NCBI GenBank assembly: GCA_964035545.1
Contig: OZ037771.1
Coordinates: 15,533,289 to 15,597,288, forward strand
Source of the DNA: Bugula neritina
Taxonomy: Eukaryota > Animalia > Bryozoa
Length of the DNA: 64,000 bases
Direction: 5' to 3'
In this document: positions 14,155-31,100 of the stretch, piece after piece
Position numbering within the stretch: position 1 is the first letter of the stretch
How the letters are laid out: each line of letters begins with the position of its first letter
Translations under genes and position numbers: made by a program
Notes under the pieces: model-generated
Told to the model about the DNA's origin: nothing
Seen by the model: only the letters and a program-made list of their open reading frames with translations
The model's database searches: none

Positions 14155-14254
14155 CCAACTAAACAACACACAGATGGATATTGACATACATGTGTATGGT
14201 GACACCAGATACAGGTGCTAGTTTATTATACTATACCACTGGCATGGTACTGAC

Positions 14255-14513
14255 GGTGTCCGGTAGAAATGGCACTGGTTACAATGGAACTAGTGGCAAA
14301 GTAGATAAAAATGGCACATTTTCAATATTAGGGTTTGGGATGAGGGGTTAGGGGTTTGGGATGAGGGTTTAGGTTTGAGGATGAAGGTTTGAGTTTGGGG
14401 TTTGGGAAAGTTTAACATCAGTTTTCCATTTTACCTACTTTCCATTTGTGCCATTATTACCTGCTCTATTATTACCTGTACCAATTTTACTGGTGCCATC
14501 TTTACCTGAAATG
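14255..14513. mobile_element. Non-autonomous TIR element (MITE, Mutator/foldback-like) with telomere-like G-rich core
   Basis: A 9-bp direct repeat GGTACTGAC flanks both sides (14246-14254 and 14514-14522). Imperfect inverted subterminal repeats read GGTAGAAATGGCAC... and ...GTGCCATCTTTACC. The centre is TTAGGGTTTGGG/GGGTTAGGGG-type repeats. Confidence 0.65.
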
Positions 14514-15199
14514 GGTACTGACATCAAAACAGACACCTGTGTTTTATAATAATCATGTTGTTGCTAGAAAGTAGACCCAAGACAACTGGTTGCTAGTAAT
14601 ATTTATTGTCAGTTTTTTGAAAAATCAACTTTATTGTTTTCCCAATGTGACTCGTGACATATTCTATTTACAATTCGTAAATTAAGTTTATAACAAACAT
14701 ATATAGATTCACTTACTACTTATATAGTTTATGATTCCTTTTTGCATGTTTCCTTTTCTTTAGAGCGTTCTAGTGATGGCTTTTTCAATAAACTACTTTG
14801 TTAGTTAAGGATGGAGTCTATTAAATGTGTTTGCATTAATTTATTTTAAACAGTTGCCAGATTTTTGAGAATAAAGCAATCATAGTAATAATAATATATT
14901 ATTGCTTTAATTATCAAACAAAATATAGTTATTTCAATGACTTCTTTGTCTTCTTGGCGAGGTCTCGTAGAGAAGTAATGGAGTAGTGAAAGAGACATCC
15001 TTGTTTCTGAATAAAGTAGGCATACACGTTTCAAGTGAATTCAGTTTGAATAATTAATTTACAGTTTCATGGGTACATAGCTATACCAGCTGCTTTATAG
15101 TTATATAATATCTATAATAATTATATAATATCTATAATAATTATATAATATCTATAATAATTATATAATATCTATAGTAATATATAATATCTATATATT

Positions 15200-16286
15200 A
15201 ATATTTAAGTGCTGCACCAGCGTCATTCAAATTGTCTATGTTAAGTAAAGAAGGTTTGAGCTCCTTAAAGTTAGGCAGTTGCTGTAACTCTAACAGAGTG
15301 TGAAAGAAGATAACTCTAACAGAGTGTGAAAGGAGATAACTCTAACAGAGTGTGAAAGGAGATAACTCTAACAGAGTGTGAAAGGAGATAACTCTAACAG
15401 AGTGTGAAAGAAGATAACTCTAACAGAGTGTGAAAGAAGATAACTAACAGAGTGTGAAAGGAGATAACTCTAACAGAGTGTGAAAGGAGATAACTCTAAC
15501 AGAGTGTGAAAGGAGATAACTCTAACAGAGTGTGAAAGGAGATAACACTAACAGAGTGTGAAAGGAGATAACTCTAACAGAGTGTGAAAGAAGATAACTC
15601 TAACAGAGTGTGAAAGGAGATAACTCTAACAGAGTGTGAAAGGAGATAACTCTAACAGAGTGTGAAAGGAGATAACTCTAACAGAGTGTGAAAGGAGATA
15701 ACTCTAACAGAGTGTGAAAGGAGATAACTCTAACAGAGTGTGAAAGGAGATAACTCTAACAGAGTGTGAAAGGAGATAACTCTAACAGAGTGTGAAAGGA
15801 GATAACTCTAACAGAGTGTGAAAGGAGATAACTCTAACAGAGTGTGAAAGGAGATAACTCTAACAGAGTGTGAAAGGAGATAACTCTAACAGAGTGTGAA
15901 AGGAGATAACTCTAACAGAGTGTGAAAGGAGATAACTCTAACAGAGTGTGAAAGGAGATAACTCTAACAGAGTGTGAAAGGAGATAACTCTAACAGAGTG
16001 TGAAAGGAGATAACTCTAACAGAGTGTGAAAGGAGATAACTCTAACAGAGTGTGAAAGAAGATAACTCTTACCTTAAATAGCTTATAGATTCCTCTCGGG
16101 TGAATTTAACCTAAAGAAATAGCAAACCAATTCCTTTACACATAAACACCCATAAATTACTGCAAATCTTGTCTGTAAAAGTCTGGCTAGCCCAGCTTCC
16201 TTGTTTCTTTTCAACTGTGGGTGCAGAGGTAGGGGCCGTATAACAGCCTCCCCTACCTGCTGCTGCTTCCAGAAGTTTGATAGCAT
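15200..16286 (-). other. Candidate small spliced transcript (lncRNA or ~28-aa peptide)
   Basis: Donor CAG|GTAGG at 16256, exon 16110-16073 (tttctttag| ... AAG|GTAAGA) and acceptor ctctgttag| at 15290. The spliced frame gives MLSNFWKQQQVKFTREESISYLRVTATA*. I recognise no homology. Confidence 0.3.
15285..16072. repeat. 26-bp minisatellite, ~30 copies
   Basis: Unit CTCTAACAGAGTGTGAAAGGAGATAA. Confidence 0.95.
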
Positions 16287-17283
16287 AGTCTAGGCTACTT
16301 TATTGTGCACATTCTGTAGCAACCTTTCAAGATCTGCCATTGTGCAGTGCGTAGCGCTTCACATTTTGCTATTTCTATTATTGTCTCTGCAACTTAGTGT
16401 ACTATACATGCTGACATATGACCTTCACACCTATACTGCCGCAATCTTGCTTGGGAACTGTTGGATTACTGTATAGTCTAGACTCTAGAGCATGTAATGA
16501 GAGTTGATTTTATTATAGATAGAAAGAGAGCAATTGTAGAATATATTATTCATACGTGCTGTACATAAGTAATATATTGTGATTATAAAGTAAAAATACA
16601 AGTATATAATAGTACTACAGTAAAATAGTTACGAATCATAATTTAGCATGTGAATTTCACTTGTCATCAAGAGGTAGAATAGAAACTTAGCAGTTATCCC
16701 ATCATGTGATGAACTAGAAAGTTAAGAGTTATCTCATCATGTGCCTCTGTAATCTTACAGAATTATTATTTCAAAATCTTTAGCATTGACTTAATTTTTA
16801 TTAAGCTAATTCTCCAGTTTATGTTGTTTTTGTAAGTTTATTCTCACTGATTTTTGAATACAATTACTAGGCACAATATTACCACAATGCAGTGATGAGA
16901 GTTAAGATAACTCCATATCTATTTAATTCACTATGTATTATAAAGCAGATTATGCTCAAAGGAATGCGATATGCTAGCTTACATCATTTTAATCCTAATA
17001 TATTGCCATGGCAACGAAAACGTATGAAGTCGTTATAAATATACTGCAGTAAAATGGCATTGCGCCTAATCATACCGATGATGGATGAGGTTGGAGTTAT
17101 CGGAGAAGAGAGTGACTGTTTATTCACTAGCGATTAGCCAAGCGTGTATTTCATCACGACTTTGGATCTCGTGCCAGCATCATGTTTACACCGACCTAGT
17201 GGTGAATAGGGAGAGCACGTTCATCCCGTTTCACTCAGCGCAAGCTACGGCACAGCAGTTGGTCTCAATCTGAGCTCTATTTC

Positions 17284-20064
<2,781 letters not shown>

Positions 20065-20081
<17 letters not shown>

Positions 20082-20296
20082 CGGTAGACCTCTAACAGTA
20101 ATGGAATAAGACATTGATGTCTAACAGTAGACCTGTAACAGTAATGGAATAAGACATTGATGTCTAACAATAGACCTCTAACAGCAATGGAATAAGACAT
20201 TGATGTCAAACAGTAGACCTGTAACATTAATGAAATAAGACATTGATGTCTAACAGTAGACCTGTAACAGTAATAGAATGAGACATTGATGTCTAG
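20065..20296 (+). repeat. ~41-bp repeat seeded on the stop codon of gene A
   Basis: AAGACATTGAYGTCTAA followed by CAGTAGACCTGTAACAGTAATGGAAT, ~6 copies. Confidence 0.9.
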
Positions 20297-20671
20297 TGAT
20301 ACACGTGATTTCTGTACCAGGTTGCATGAGGATCATCTAATAGCGTTGTGATTTCCTTTATGCCATCCGCCACTTATGATTGATGTGCCAAGAATATTCA
20401 TATAGTCTATATAGAGTTTATATATTCATATAATCTATATAGAATTTATATATTCACGTTACTTTCCTGAGTCATGGGTTTCCGCAAACTGAAAGCTGGC
20501 AAACTGGTCTCACTTATTGTATTCTATTTGAGATATTTTCATTATTTCATATATTTTCGTTATTTATATATTTTCATTATTTTTTTCACTATATTTTAAA
20601 TATTTTCATTATTTTACATGTTTGACAAGAAAAAGGGAAAGTTTCTCAGGCAGATATTATAATACATTGAA

Positions 20672-21306
20672 GAGAGCTGTAGAGTACGTTGTATACTACA
20701 GAGAGCTGTAGAGTACGTTGTATACTACAGAGAGCTGTAGAGTATATTGTATACTACAGAGAGCTGTAGAGTATATTGTATACTACAGAGAGCTGTAGAG
20801 TACATTGTATACTACAGAGAGCTGTAGAGTATATTGTATACTACAGAGAGCTGTAGAGTATATTGTATACTACAGAGAGCTGTGGAGTATATTGTATACT
20901 ACAGAGAGCTGTAGAGTATATTGTATACTACAGAGAGCTGTAGAGTATATTGTATACTACAGAGAGCTGTAGAGTACGTTGTATACTACAGAGAGCTGTA
21001 GAGTATATTGTATACTACAGAGAGCTGTAGAGTACATTGTATACTACAGAGAGCTATAGAGTATATTGTATACTACAGAGAGCTGTAGAGTATATTGTAT
21101 ACTACAGAGAGCTGTGGAGTATATTGTATACTACAGAGAGCTGTAGAGTATATTGTATACTACAGAGAGCTGTAGAGTATATTGTATACTACAGAGAGCT
21201 GTAGAGTACGTTGTATACTACAGAGAGCTGTAGAGTATATTGTATACTACAGAGAGCTGTAGAGTATATTGTATACTACAGAGAGCTGTAGAGTATATTG
21301 TATACT
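20672..21306. repeat. 29-bp minisatellite
   Basis: Unit AGAGAGCTGTAGAGTATATTGTATACTAC. Confidence 0.95.
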
Positions 21307-22159
21307 GATTAGTTTGAGAACTAGAGCTATAACGACATCTTCTACAGCATCAGAGTGATTTAAATCATCTCCTGCCTCTACTGTCTATATATATATGACT
21401 ACTGAAGAGAAAATGTCTTTAAAATGTATAAATAATGCATCAATTATATTTCCAGTTCGTAGATATTAAGTGTGTTTGCCAAATGACATCATCGAATCTA
21501 TTTTTATATACAAGATATTTTTATGTTAGCTAGAATATATTCTCTAAAGATATACAGGATATTTCTATGTAAGTTAGAATATATTCTCTAAAAACTCCTT
21601 TGAAATTCTAGGAGTTGGAGTTAATTCTGCCTACAGTCATAAATTATTAAACACTTACTTTTATTTACCTTACAGTTACCCTACATTACATTACATTACT
21701 CCACTATGCATTACATTATAATGCATTACATCACTTTAACATACATTAATTTGCAATACATTACCTGTACATGCATACATCACGCTATAACACTATAAAC
21801 TACTAACACTACAATAAACTACATTACATTACATTACTGTGCCAAGCACTGGTGGTCAGAAATCACTACTATTAGAGCTTCTGGGACTACAAGCCTTCAA
21901 AAGCAACACTTAAAGGCCCAACAAGAATCCCAAACATTTATGAAGCAGAATGATTTTACTTGGTCAAAATCAGACACTTTCATGGCACTTACCTCTCAAA
22001 TGAACTGTTAAATTTGATGTCAACTCGGCACACAGCACATGTATGACATGTACGCACATTACCCGTAACCATCACACTATACCGAGGGACTACTCTCACT
22101 ACGCTAATAGACAACAGACTGTACTACTTGATGACTGCAGGCTAGACAGTTGAACAGAG

Positions 22160-24057
22160 ATGATACCAGAAATAAACTCACCGTTCGCTGGAATCCGAAC
22201 TATTGCCATCAGTCAGACTACCAGCTCGTCTCCCAACTCTTCTCTCCTCATTTCCAGACCAAACATCACACGGCATAGCAATACTACGACTCTCACCACA
22301 GCTGCTACTACTCAGTCACACAGTACTACTACTACTACTACTACTACTACCCCAGATACTACTAACACTACTACCCCGGATACTACTACTCCTGCTATTG
22401 CTACTACTACTGGTACTACTACTACTATTACTATTACTACTAATACTAGCACAGCAGCAACAGTCTTGTATTCAACCTCCGTAATCATACCAACTTCACA
22501 CAACACAACCACATCATCGGAACCGATTTCAACGACATCTAGACATGTCAGCTCCGAAGGATATGGGACAGTTTCAACTACGCTGCCACATAAACTTGAT
22601 CTCTCACCGGCAGCCATAGTTCTGGCAGCCATATTGGTGACTGTGGTGGTACTGCTGTGTGTCTTGCTGACATACTTTCTATGTCAACGGTAAGTCATGG
22701 CAGATAATGTCAAAGGTAAGTCATGGCAAATAATGTCAACGGTAAGTCATGGCAGATAATGTCAAAGGTAAGTCATGGCAAATAATGTCAAAGGTAAGTC
22801 ATGGCAAATAATGTCAAAGGTAAGTCATAGGAAATAATGTCAAAGGTAAGTCATAGCAAATAATGTCAAAGGTAAGTCATAGCAAATAATGTCAAAGGTA
22901 AGTCATGGCTGATAATCATTAACTGGGCTGTGAGTTGCATTAATCCTCTGGAATTCTTTGGTTTAATGAGACACCACCAAATAGACTTGGTAGTTGTATT
23001 ATATGCATTGTGAGTGGAGATTCTCAAAGATGTAATTACAGTAACATTGACTGTGGTATTGTAGTACTGTAATATTGTGTTACTGTGGTATATTGTAGTA
23101 CTGTAATATTGTGTTACTGTGGTATATTGTAGTACTGTAATATTGTGTTACTGTGGTATTGTAGTACTGTAATATTGTGTTACTGTGGTATTGTAGTACT
23201 GTAATATTGTGTTACTGTGGTATATTGTAGTACTGTAATATTGTATAATTGTATTACCGAAGTGTTGTAAAGTAGAAAGACTAGAATTAGTTATAATTTA
23301 GCTTTTATCCAATTCTAGAAGAAGGAAGAGGATAAAGAAACTGATGCTTAGCCTTAGAGCTTTACCAAAACACTCGATTGACGTGAGTTGATATACGTTT
23401 GCTATTAAAGTGGAGTAGTTTCACAGTCCAAGTTACTCCTAACACTAACCAATGAATTATTCTGTTGACAGCCGTCTATAGAATCTGCTGTCACTGCTGC
23501 CGCTATGACTCAGCCTCAACAGACGTCATTCAACAATGCAGAATACGAACAGGCTGAAGAGATCTATGATACTATACCGGAGTTGTCTGACCTCCACTAT
23601 GAAGTCATTAACAGGAAGGCTGGAGAGGATAACTACGAAGACACTCTACCCTTTCCTTGCAGTGAGGAACATAATATATTATATATAGCATACTATAATA
23701 TAATATACTATAAATATACACACATGTTATTTCATGAAGTTATCATCTCTCTGTGTAACCTTTTTAGCTTTAGGTCAGCACATATATCTGAAAGCTGAGT
23801 CGGAGGTGTATGAGGAGCCTATCACATCTCTGAGCAGTATGAACCACTCAGATACTCAGGCTATGTTCACATGTGAGTCTCACAATACCAGTGGAGAGGG
23901 AGATGTAGAATATGATCTTCCTGCTACTAGTGATGAATACGGGCTGTTCCCAGCCGACCCTTACTACTCTTCTACTGATACTCAGTCTTTACACATTTAC
24001 CACGAGATTCAGCCTCCAGTAGTGAGTGGCTCATGTAGTTACTCCCCCACGATGTGA
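22160..24057 (+). CDS. Single-pass membrane protein B: mucin-like Thr-rich N-terminus, TM helix, Tyr-motif-rich tail (probable paralogue of A)
   Basis: Exons 22160-22689 (TM AIVLAAILVTVVVLLCVLLTYFLC), 23319-23382 (RRRKRIKK), 23472-23661 (EYEQA, IYDTI, HYEVI, NYEDT) and 23768/23774-24057 (VYEEP, EYDLP, IYHEI). Phases are 2,0,1 as in gene A. An in-frame TGA lies just upstream of the ATG. Confidence 0.78.
22681..22916 (+). repeat. 26-bp array of the gene B TM-exon donor junction
   Basis: Unit ATGTCAA(C/A)G|GTAAGTCATGGCAAATA, ~9 copies. Confidence 0.95.
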
Positions 24058-24064
24058 GTCGCTC

Positions 24065-24857
24065 AAGTGTCCACAGGTGTCTGCAGGTGTCTGCAGGTGT
24101 CCAAAAGTGTCTGCAGATGTCCACAAGTATCTACAGGTGTCCACAGGTGTCTGCAGGTGTCCACAGGTGTCCACAGGTGTCTGCAGGTGTTTACAGGTGT
24201 CTGCAGGTGTCCACAGGTATCTACAGGTGCTGACAACAAACTGTACGCCACAAGAATTCTCCACACCAGTTGTTGGCATCGGTGGCATGAAATTGACAGC
24301 AGTATTGTGAACTTAGCCCATTCTGATATTATTTGAGTAATATTTGTTATATAACCTCTATCAGTACTGTTATATATTATACTTTTGTATAGAATTATTA
24401 TATAACAAATACTATATTATAATGTTTGTTGTGTATTATGCTGCTCTTTTATCTGGCAGATGGTATTCTACACTACTACATACTACTACGCACTACTACG
24501 TACTACTACGTACTACTACGCACTACTACGTACTACTACGCACTACTACGTACTACTACGTACTACTACGTACTACTACGCACTACTACGTACTACTACG
24601 TACTACTACGTACTACTACGCACTACTACATACTACTACGTACTACTACATACTACTACATACTACTACATACTACTACGTACTACTACGTACTACTACG
24701 TACTACTACGTACTACTACGTACTACTACGTACTACTACGTACTACTACGTACTACTACATACTACTACATACTACTACATACTACTACATACTACTACA
24801 TACTACTACATACTACTACATACTATTACATACTACTACATACTACTACGTACTACT
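24065..24857. repeat. 10-bp CAGGTGTCTG repeat (24065-24230) and 10-bp TACTACTACG repeat (24468-24857) downstream of the gene B stop
   Basis: Directly visible. Confidence 0.9.
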
Positions 24858-25482
24858 AGGTATACTAGTTAGTATAAAATACTCATCACTAGAGTGTCAT
24901 ATAAACCAATACACTTTGTTCTTTCACAGTAACAATATATTCTTTCTACTCATTTCATAAATATACAATAATCTGTACATAACTGGGTTTGCACACAATC
25001 AACAGTACAGTAGCATAATACGCAATATATTACTCTATATACACACTATATGTACGCGTATAGATTAGAATCCCTGCTGCGTGTATATTTACCTGTAATA
25101 TTATTACCCAGTAATTCCCATTTGTTTACTATAAACACAAATTACCTTAAAGTATACCAAGGACTGTATGGGTATTTTTCTGGGTAGAGATGCAATGCAT
25201 GCAGACACACACTTATACAATAATTGGATTATACAATATAATATTAAATTATATCAACTCAAGACTCTTTCTTTGGGGCTTCCTTTCTCACTCCAACCTA
25301 ACTCTCTACACAAGTAGTACTCTAAACTAGCTAGCTCTCTACACAAGTAGTACTCTAAGCCAGCTAGCTGTAATCACAAGGAAGGTATAAGGCAATCAGG
25401 AGCTGACTTAGAGTGTCTGCCGTATCTCAAAAAGCTGCAGAAAACCAGTGGATATCTACAGATAACAATAAGCTCTTCAATT

Positions 25483-25772
25483 GGTATCTGCAGTAAAAAG
25501 GAGTGACTAGTAAGGTGGTATCTACAGTAAAAAAGGAGTGACTACTAAAGTGGTATCTGCAGTAAAAAGGAGTGACTACTAAAGTGGTATCTGCAGTAAA
25601 AAGGAGTGACTACTAAAGTGGTATCTGCAGTAAAAAGGAGTGACTAGTAAGGTGGTATCTACAGTAAAAAAGAGTGACTACTAAAGTGGTATCTGCAGTA
25701 AAAAGGAGTGACTGCCAAAGTGGTATCTGCAGTAAAAAGGAGTGACTGCCTAAGTGGTATTTACAGTAAAAG
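25483..25772. repeat. ~34-bp minisatellite
   Basis: Unit GGTATCTGCAGTAAAAAGGAGTGACTACTAAAGT. Confidence 0.9.
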
Positions 25773-26419
25773 ATGACAACTATCGAGGAAGCTATAAGGT
25801 GGATTAAAGATGCAAAGGTAGCTCTTTACATTTACCTAATAGTTACACTCTAATTACTCTTTTCTGGGTATTTGATTGATAAATTTATTTAGGAGTTATC
25901 TGCTTTCATGACATTGAGCATGCATGAATTGCTACGGAGCTCATCCACACTGTCCCAATAATAGAGATTAATAATAGAGTTATTTATGGTTGGTTGACCA
26001 CTAAACTAAGCATTATGTTATTAGTCACGGTTGGCCACAAATTATTCATAGGAAGTTAACGAAGCTTAGAAACAATTAGTTACTCATTTTCCAACACTCA
26101 TGGGCAGTAATTCTTCATTGTTACGTGATGACGAAAACAAGAGACCACAACTTTAGTTAGGTTACTGCAACTGTCTAATGGTATTGTTTACCTTTCCCTA
26201 TAGATTGTAAACAATTAGAAAATGGCTGTACGTATTTGTAAAGAAACAACTAATTTATTACCCATTACATAATACATTTAGTATTATTACTGACTCTAAC
26301 ACCATCGGTATTACCATTGCATGTATGGATAGCATCAAACAATGCGTTTCATAAAGTACAGTAGGATGTGTACTGTTTGTGCACTCTAGGCTAAGTGTGT
26401 GGTCTTCAAGGCCATTTCC

Positions 26420-26518
26420 TATTGGCTAATCAACTTCAGAAAGCCAAGCTTCTAATCGTCTGCTGAAAAAGCATTGCTTTCAGCAGACGACTCGAAGTTC
26501 CAGCTGCGTGAGGTGAGC
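26420..26518 (+). promoter_or_regulatory. Putative promoter / non-coding first exon of the plakin gene, containing a hairpin
   Basis: ATTGG (reverse CCAAT) at ~26420, inverted repeat TCGTCTGCTGAAA...TTTCAGCAGACGA at 26456-26490, and donor GAG|GTGAGC at ~26513. Confidence 0.35.
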
Positions 26519-28176
26519 TGTTAGGAGTTTGAGAATAACTTATTGGTTTGTTGATCTCTTATTGTATTTGTAATGATATTAAACAATATATAAACTCATA
26601 AGTATTTTGATTACATGAACTGATCAGCTATAAATAATGTATTTATGATAACATGTTGAGATAGTACAAGAGTGATAATACTACTGATATTAGTAGTACT
26701 ACTATAGCATCATTAGTTTAATACTATTCATTACTTGAGATTAAATTTAAAATGACTGATATGTAAGTTTTATTTTACTACTTATCTTAACAATTCGACT
26801 ACACGATGCTGTCAGTATTGAGCATATATACTATATAACTATATTATTATAATTTAAATTATACATAAAAGTTTATTTTTATTTATTTTATGTTTTATAT
26901 TAAATATATTTAATAGATATTGTGGTATGATAGTGATAAGGAGCAGTACTGGCCTATAGTAGTTAGTGATATCTCTTGGGGTCACTCTCACTCTCAGTTA
27001 GTCAATGGTGATCTGTAAGGAAGGACATCTGGTTATCATTACTCCTGTGCTACATCCAAAACACTCTCACTATGTTGCTAACAGTAACATAGTGAGAGAG
27101 AGAATATACTTATACTCCTTATTATCAGGAATTCTCACTATAACTATGTAATAACTTGATTAATGATTCTGATTATTATAAGTAATATTATATTTTATAC
27201 TCCATATTAACTAGCAATACCAGCATATTCATTTATTTATGAAATTAAGTACTTTTCTTCAGCTAGTCATCAAAACAAGACCAGATGATAGAAAACTTCT
27301 ATTATAGTGGCGCTTAACTTGTATTCATGTTGAGTATGTATCATACACATAGCGCTCCATATGAAGCTGTCTTTATCCTTTCACGACATTTACCCTTTAT
27401 GCAACCCTAGAACAATTTATGCAACTCATCTTCATTAAAAGAATAGTTCATATTTATTAGAGCTCATTGCAGAGAACTAACAATTTAGACTCTATATGTA
27501 TGCAAGGCATAAGTTTGCAGCACAATCTCTACTAGTGCCCCAGACGCTTTCCTTTGTTGGGACAGGTTGTTTAGGAATGCACTATTGATTGTTCTCCACT
27601 GTGGGTGTACAATAGCATATTGAATATCCTGTCACACACAGCCACCTACATGGAACAAAAAGCTTAGCCTGTATTTCCAAATTTCTGGCCCCATACACTT
27701 ATTGTGGTAGTAAACCTACTATTATTTTGAGTAAGTCCAGATGCTATGCTACTCCCAACTATTTGCCACAGCCCTGGCTGTTGAGAACCATTTTCATTTT
27801 GCGCGAGTAAAGTCTGGTCAGGTTGTTAGGAACGGAATAACCCAGTTACTGCTTGACTCTCGTGTTGGTCTCTATACGTAGCCTTAGCTACAGAACTGGT
27901 CTACAGACTTGTAGTTGCTAATATTAAGGTCTGAAGTTTGTTGGGCAACAGCTGAATAATTTGCAAATCAGAATCTGCACCTGCATATCCATCAGCAAAA
28001 GATTGTGAGTATTTTCAGCTCGTGTCTGTTTTCTGCTGCAAACTTTACAGGTTGTGATTATCAAAAAACACACAGAAGTGGTGTAGTAATTGTGAGTGGC
28101 ATTAAAACACATTTCACCATGTTGTGAAACATTAAAGTTCCTGCTGCAACTTGTAATCATGTTTATGTGTTGCTAG

Positions 28177-31100
28177 GAAACTGGAGAGATCCGCTCACCT
28201 GGAAACACTCCAGCTGACATAAGACGGAGTATTTCAGTGAACAGAGACTCTAGAAGTCTGGTTGATTCACTCTTCTATCAGATAGACATGTCACAGCACC
28301 AGGTAAATGCTATCTAATATAATAATATAATATAATAATATAATAACATAATATAAATGGTGCTTTGAGTTACCTAAAATAATATTTGAAAAGGGCCTGC
28401 AGTAACTTTTACTATAGAATCTATACTCTGTAGTGTAGATTATTGGCATACAAGCTAACATCCTGCCTGCAGTTTCTATTCAGTTGGCATCAACTAAACA
28501 TACATAGCATGTTGTTCTAAGAGAAATCTCCCATCACTAGGTTTATTTCCCAGCAAATACTTCTAGTCGAGCTGGTAGTCAGGTAGTCGAGCTGGTAGTC
28601 AGGTAGTCGAGCTGGTAGGAGGCCGTCAGATGTCAGATTCTCTGGTCAGCAGTTCTCAGTAGAGTGTATTGACTTTCTCTATTACCAACAGAAGCATGTA
28701 TTTTACCAGTTGAATATTTTTGTTTAAAGCATTCAAGTCAACGAGTTTTTTACTTTAATGTAGCCAGTTCTATGCTAGGAGCAGTTTTTGCTTTTATTCA
28801 AAAGTTTGACTGCATACAGGTATGTAGAGTGATGTGACTAAAACACCCACACATGTTTCTATACATGGAAATATTATAATTGGAGATTGAGTTACTAAAA
28901 ACTCATATTGCTGTTAGCAGTAACTAGTAGCTAAAGAATGTTGAATATTAGAAAATTGCCAGTACTCAGTAATACAACAGTTATTAGGTTACAATTAATA
29001 ATATTTACTTTACTAACATTCAATAGTCAAGTGCATATGCTAGTGTTTGTTACAAGGTGGGCATAACCTGGGTGTGAGGCATAACCTGGGTATGAGGTAG
29101 GTATGTAGACCTAGTGTACGAGAAACTATGACTGATGTCTCCTTTACCCATTTTAGGGTCTGACAAATTGTGAAAGAATGAAGATTTTGTCTGCTTACGA
29201 TGAGACACAGGTATGTGTGTAATTCGTACAATGAGTGTATTTAGTGTAATGAGTCATAGTAATATAATGTATAGTATAATCTTATATTATCCCTCCCTAC
29301 TATAACACACAACATGTTATAAATACTAGAATAGCTCTAGAAAATGACGCATAGAGACTGATATTTTATAAGTCATAAGAAAACTCATAATAAATTATAC
29401 AATGTCTTCCTTCTATTTCCACACTTGCTTGTCGCATCTAATGCTAAGTTGTAAACTTATTATAGAATTTAGACACTTGAATCTGTTCATCTGCTCTATA
29501 CTCTCACACTCTCATACTGTCATAACTTAATGGTTGATAGAGAACAGCTGCCACCTTACTGCTGTCACCTTACGGCTGCTGCTGTTACATGAGGTTACTT
29601 TGAAAATATTGGTGCATGTTTTGTGTTATGCAGTGACAAGCTGAGACTGTATGTAGAACATGTGAAGTATATAATATGCTGGTGGTGAAATATTTAAATA
29701 CTGTTGTCCTAGGTAGCTAGTCAGTGTCCTCACTGCCAGCCAATTATTGGGCTTCAGCTAATTGGCTTTTTACTGAGCATAGCCTTTGTTCCCAGAGAAA
29801 CTGCTTAGAGTGCCTAGGGTAGTGTGCTTAGTACAGGATGTTAGCAGGCTAGTGTAGAGGTCTAGTGTAGAGGTCACGTGTACCAAGATGAGATTGTTTA
29901 CTCGTAACACAATAAATGCATTGTTTGTGATAGAGGAGTGAGTCAACTAGGCAGTTATCAGTCACTCTACTAACTACAGAACTTTCAGGTAATGCTGTTA
30001 CTTAGCTCAGAGATGAGAAGTGTTAGTGTAGCAAGCTGTGGTAGACTGACTTAGTGACTAGATTTAGTGACTAGACTGTCCACCAGTGAGCACCTGGTGT
30101 AATTATTATCATGGTATAGCGGAATGGTAAGGTGGGTACAGATACTTGTAGCATGAGAAGTAAGAGAATGACTAATGAGCTAGTTTTTACTTGAACCATT
30201 ATCACAGAATACTGACTGCTGTACTCTCTATTGGCAGCAACAGCTACTATAGTAAGACCTACATGCTATTCTATCCCCACCCCTCTGTCCTGTTCGGGTA
30301 GCCCGATCTACATTCTAGCTCACTAGATACTTGTTAACTTCAGCACCGGCTAGAATTCTTGCGAGAACATAACTTCTTAGGGTACATTTCTAATCTAGAA
30401 CACAGGCTTTTCTCAATTTCTCCATTACTGCACCTACCTCCTTTTCTTGGATACTCTAACTGAGAGTGTAGGAATGCTGAACATTTTGAGACTAGTAAAT
30501 AGTTTCTTTTCACCTCTTGTAGGTTCTAGATACTAGATTTAGACTCTGATTTAGTATTAGCAACTAAGACTTGTTAGCTCTGGTGCAAAACTTCTTGTGC
30601 TAGAAATATTCCTTTTCAGTATGGAAAGTGTTCAGTTCTGTTTTCGTTTGAAAATATTTTCCTTTCTCATGTTAAGCTATAGAATTGGTGAGATGATTTG
30701 ACAATATATAGGAGTCTGCATACTCCCAAGTAGTGCAGGTAGATGCAGGTAAATGCAGGTACTGCAGGTGCTGCAGGTAGATGAAGAGATGCATGAGTTT
30801 GATACATGGATAGCCAATATATTAGTAATGTAAATATAATAATATGTTATAGAGTTGATTAGCATTTGATGACTAAAGCAAGCTAATCTTTTAAGTGCTG
30901 ATCTTTCATCTATTTTATTGACTGAATCCATCTTAATGTGAATATTAAGAGTCAGCTCAATCTCTCATCATCTAACAAATAGTAGCCTGTGCTGTAGACT
31001 AGCTTAACTGTATAGTCACCATCTTATGCTGTAGAGACAGCTGGAATTATCTCCACCTGTAATAAGCCTTGAATGGTATATATAGCGTACGTAGTATGTG

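Noticed and set aside
14330-14410. True telomere or chromosome-fusion site
   Set aside because: Short and degenerate, and enclosed by TIRs and a TSD, so better explained as transposon-internal.
29934-29988. Possible extra plakin exon (tag|...CAG|GTAATG)
   Set aside because: 55 nt, with a stop in the frame needed to join the next phase-0 exon.
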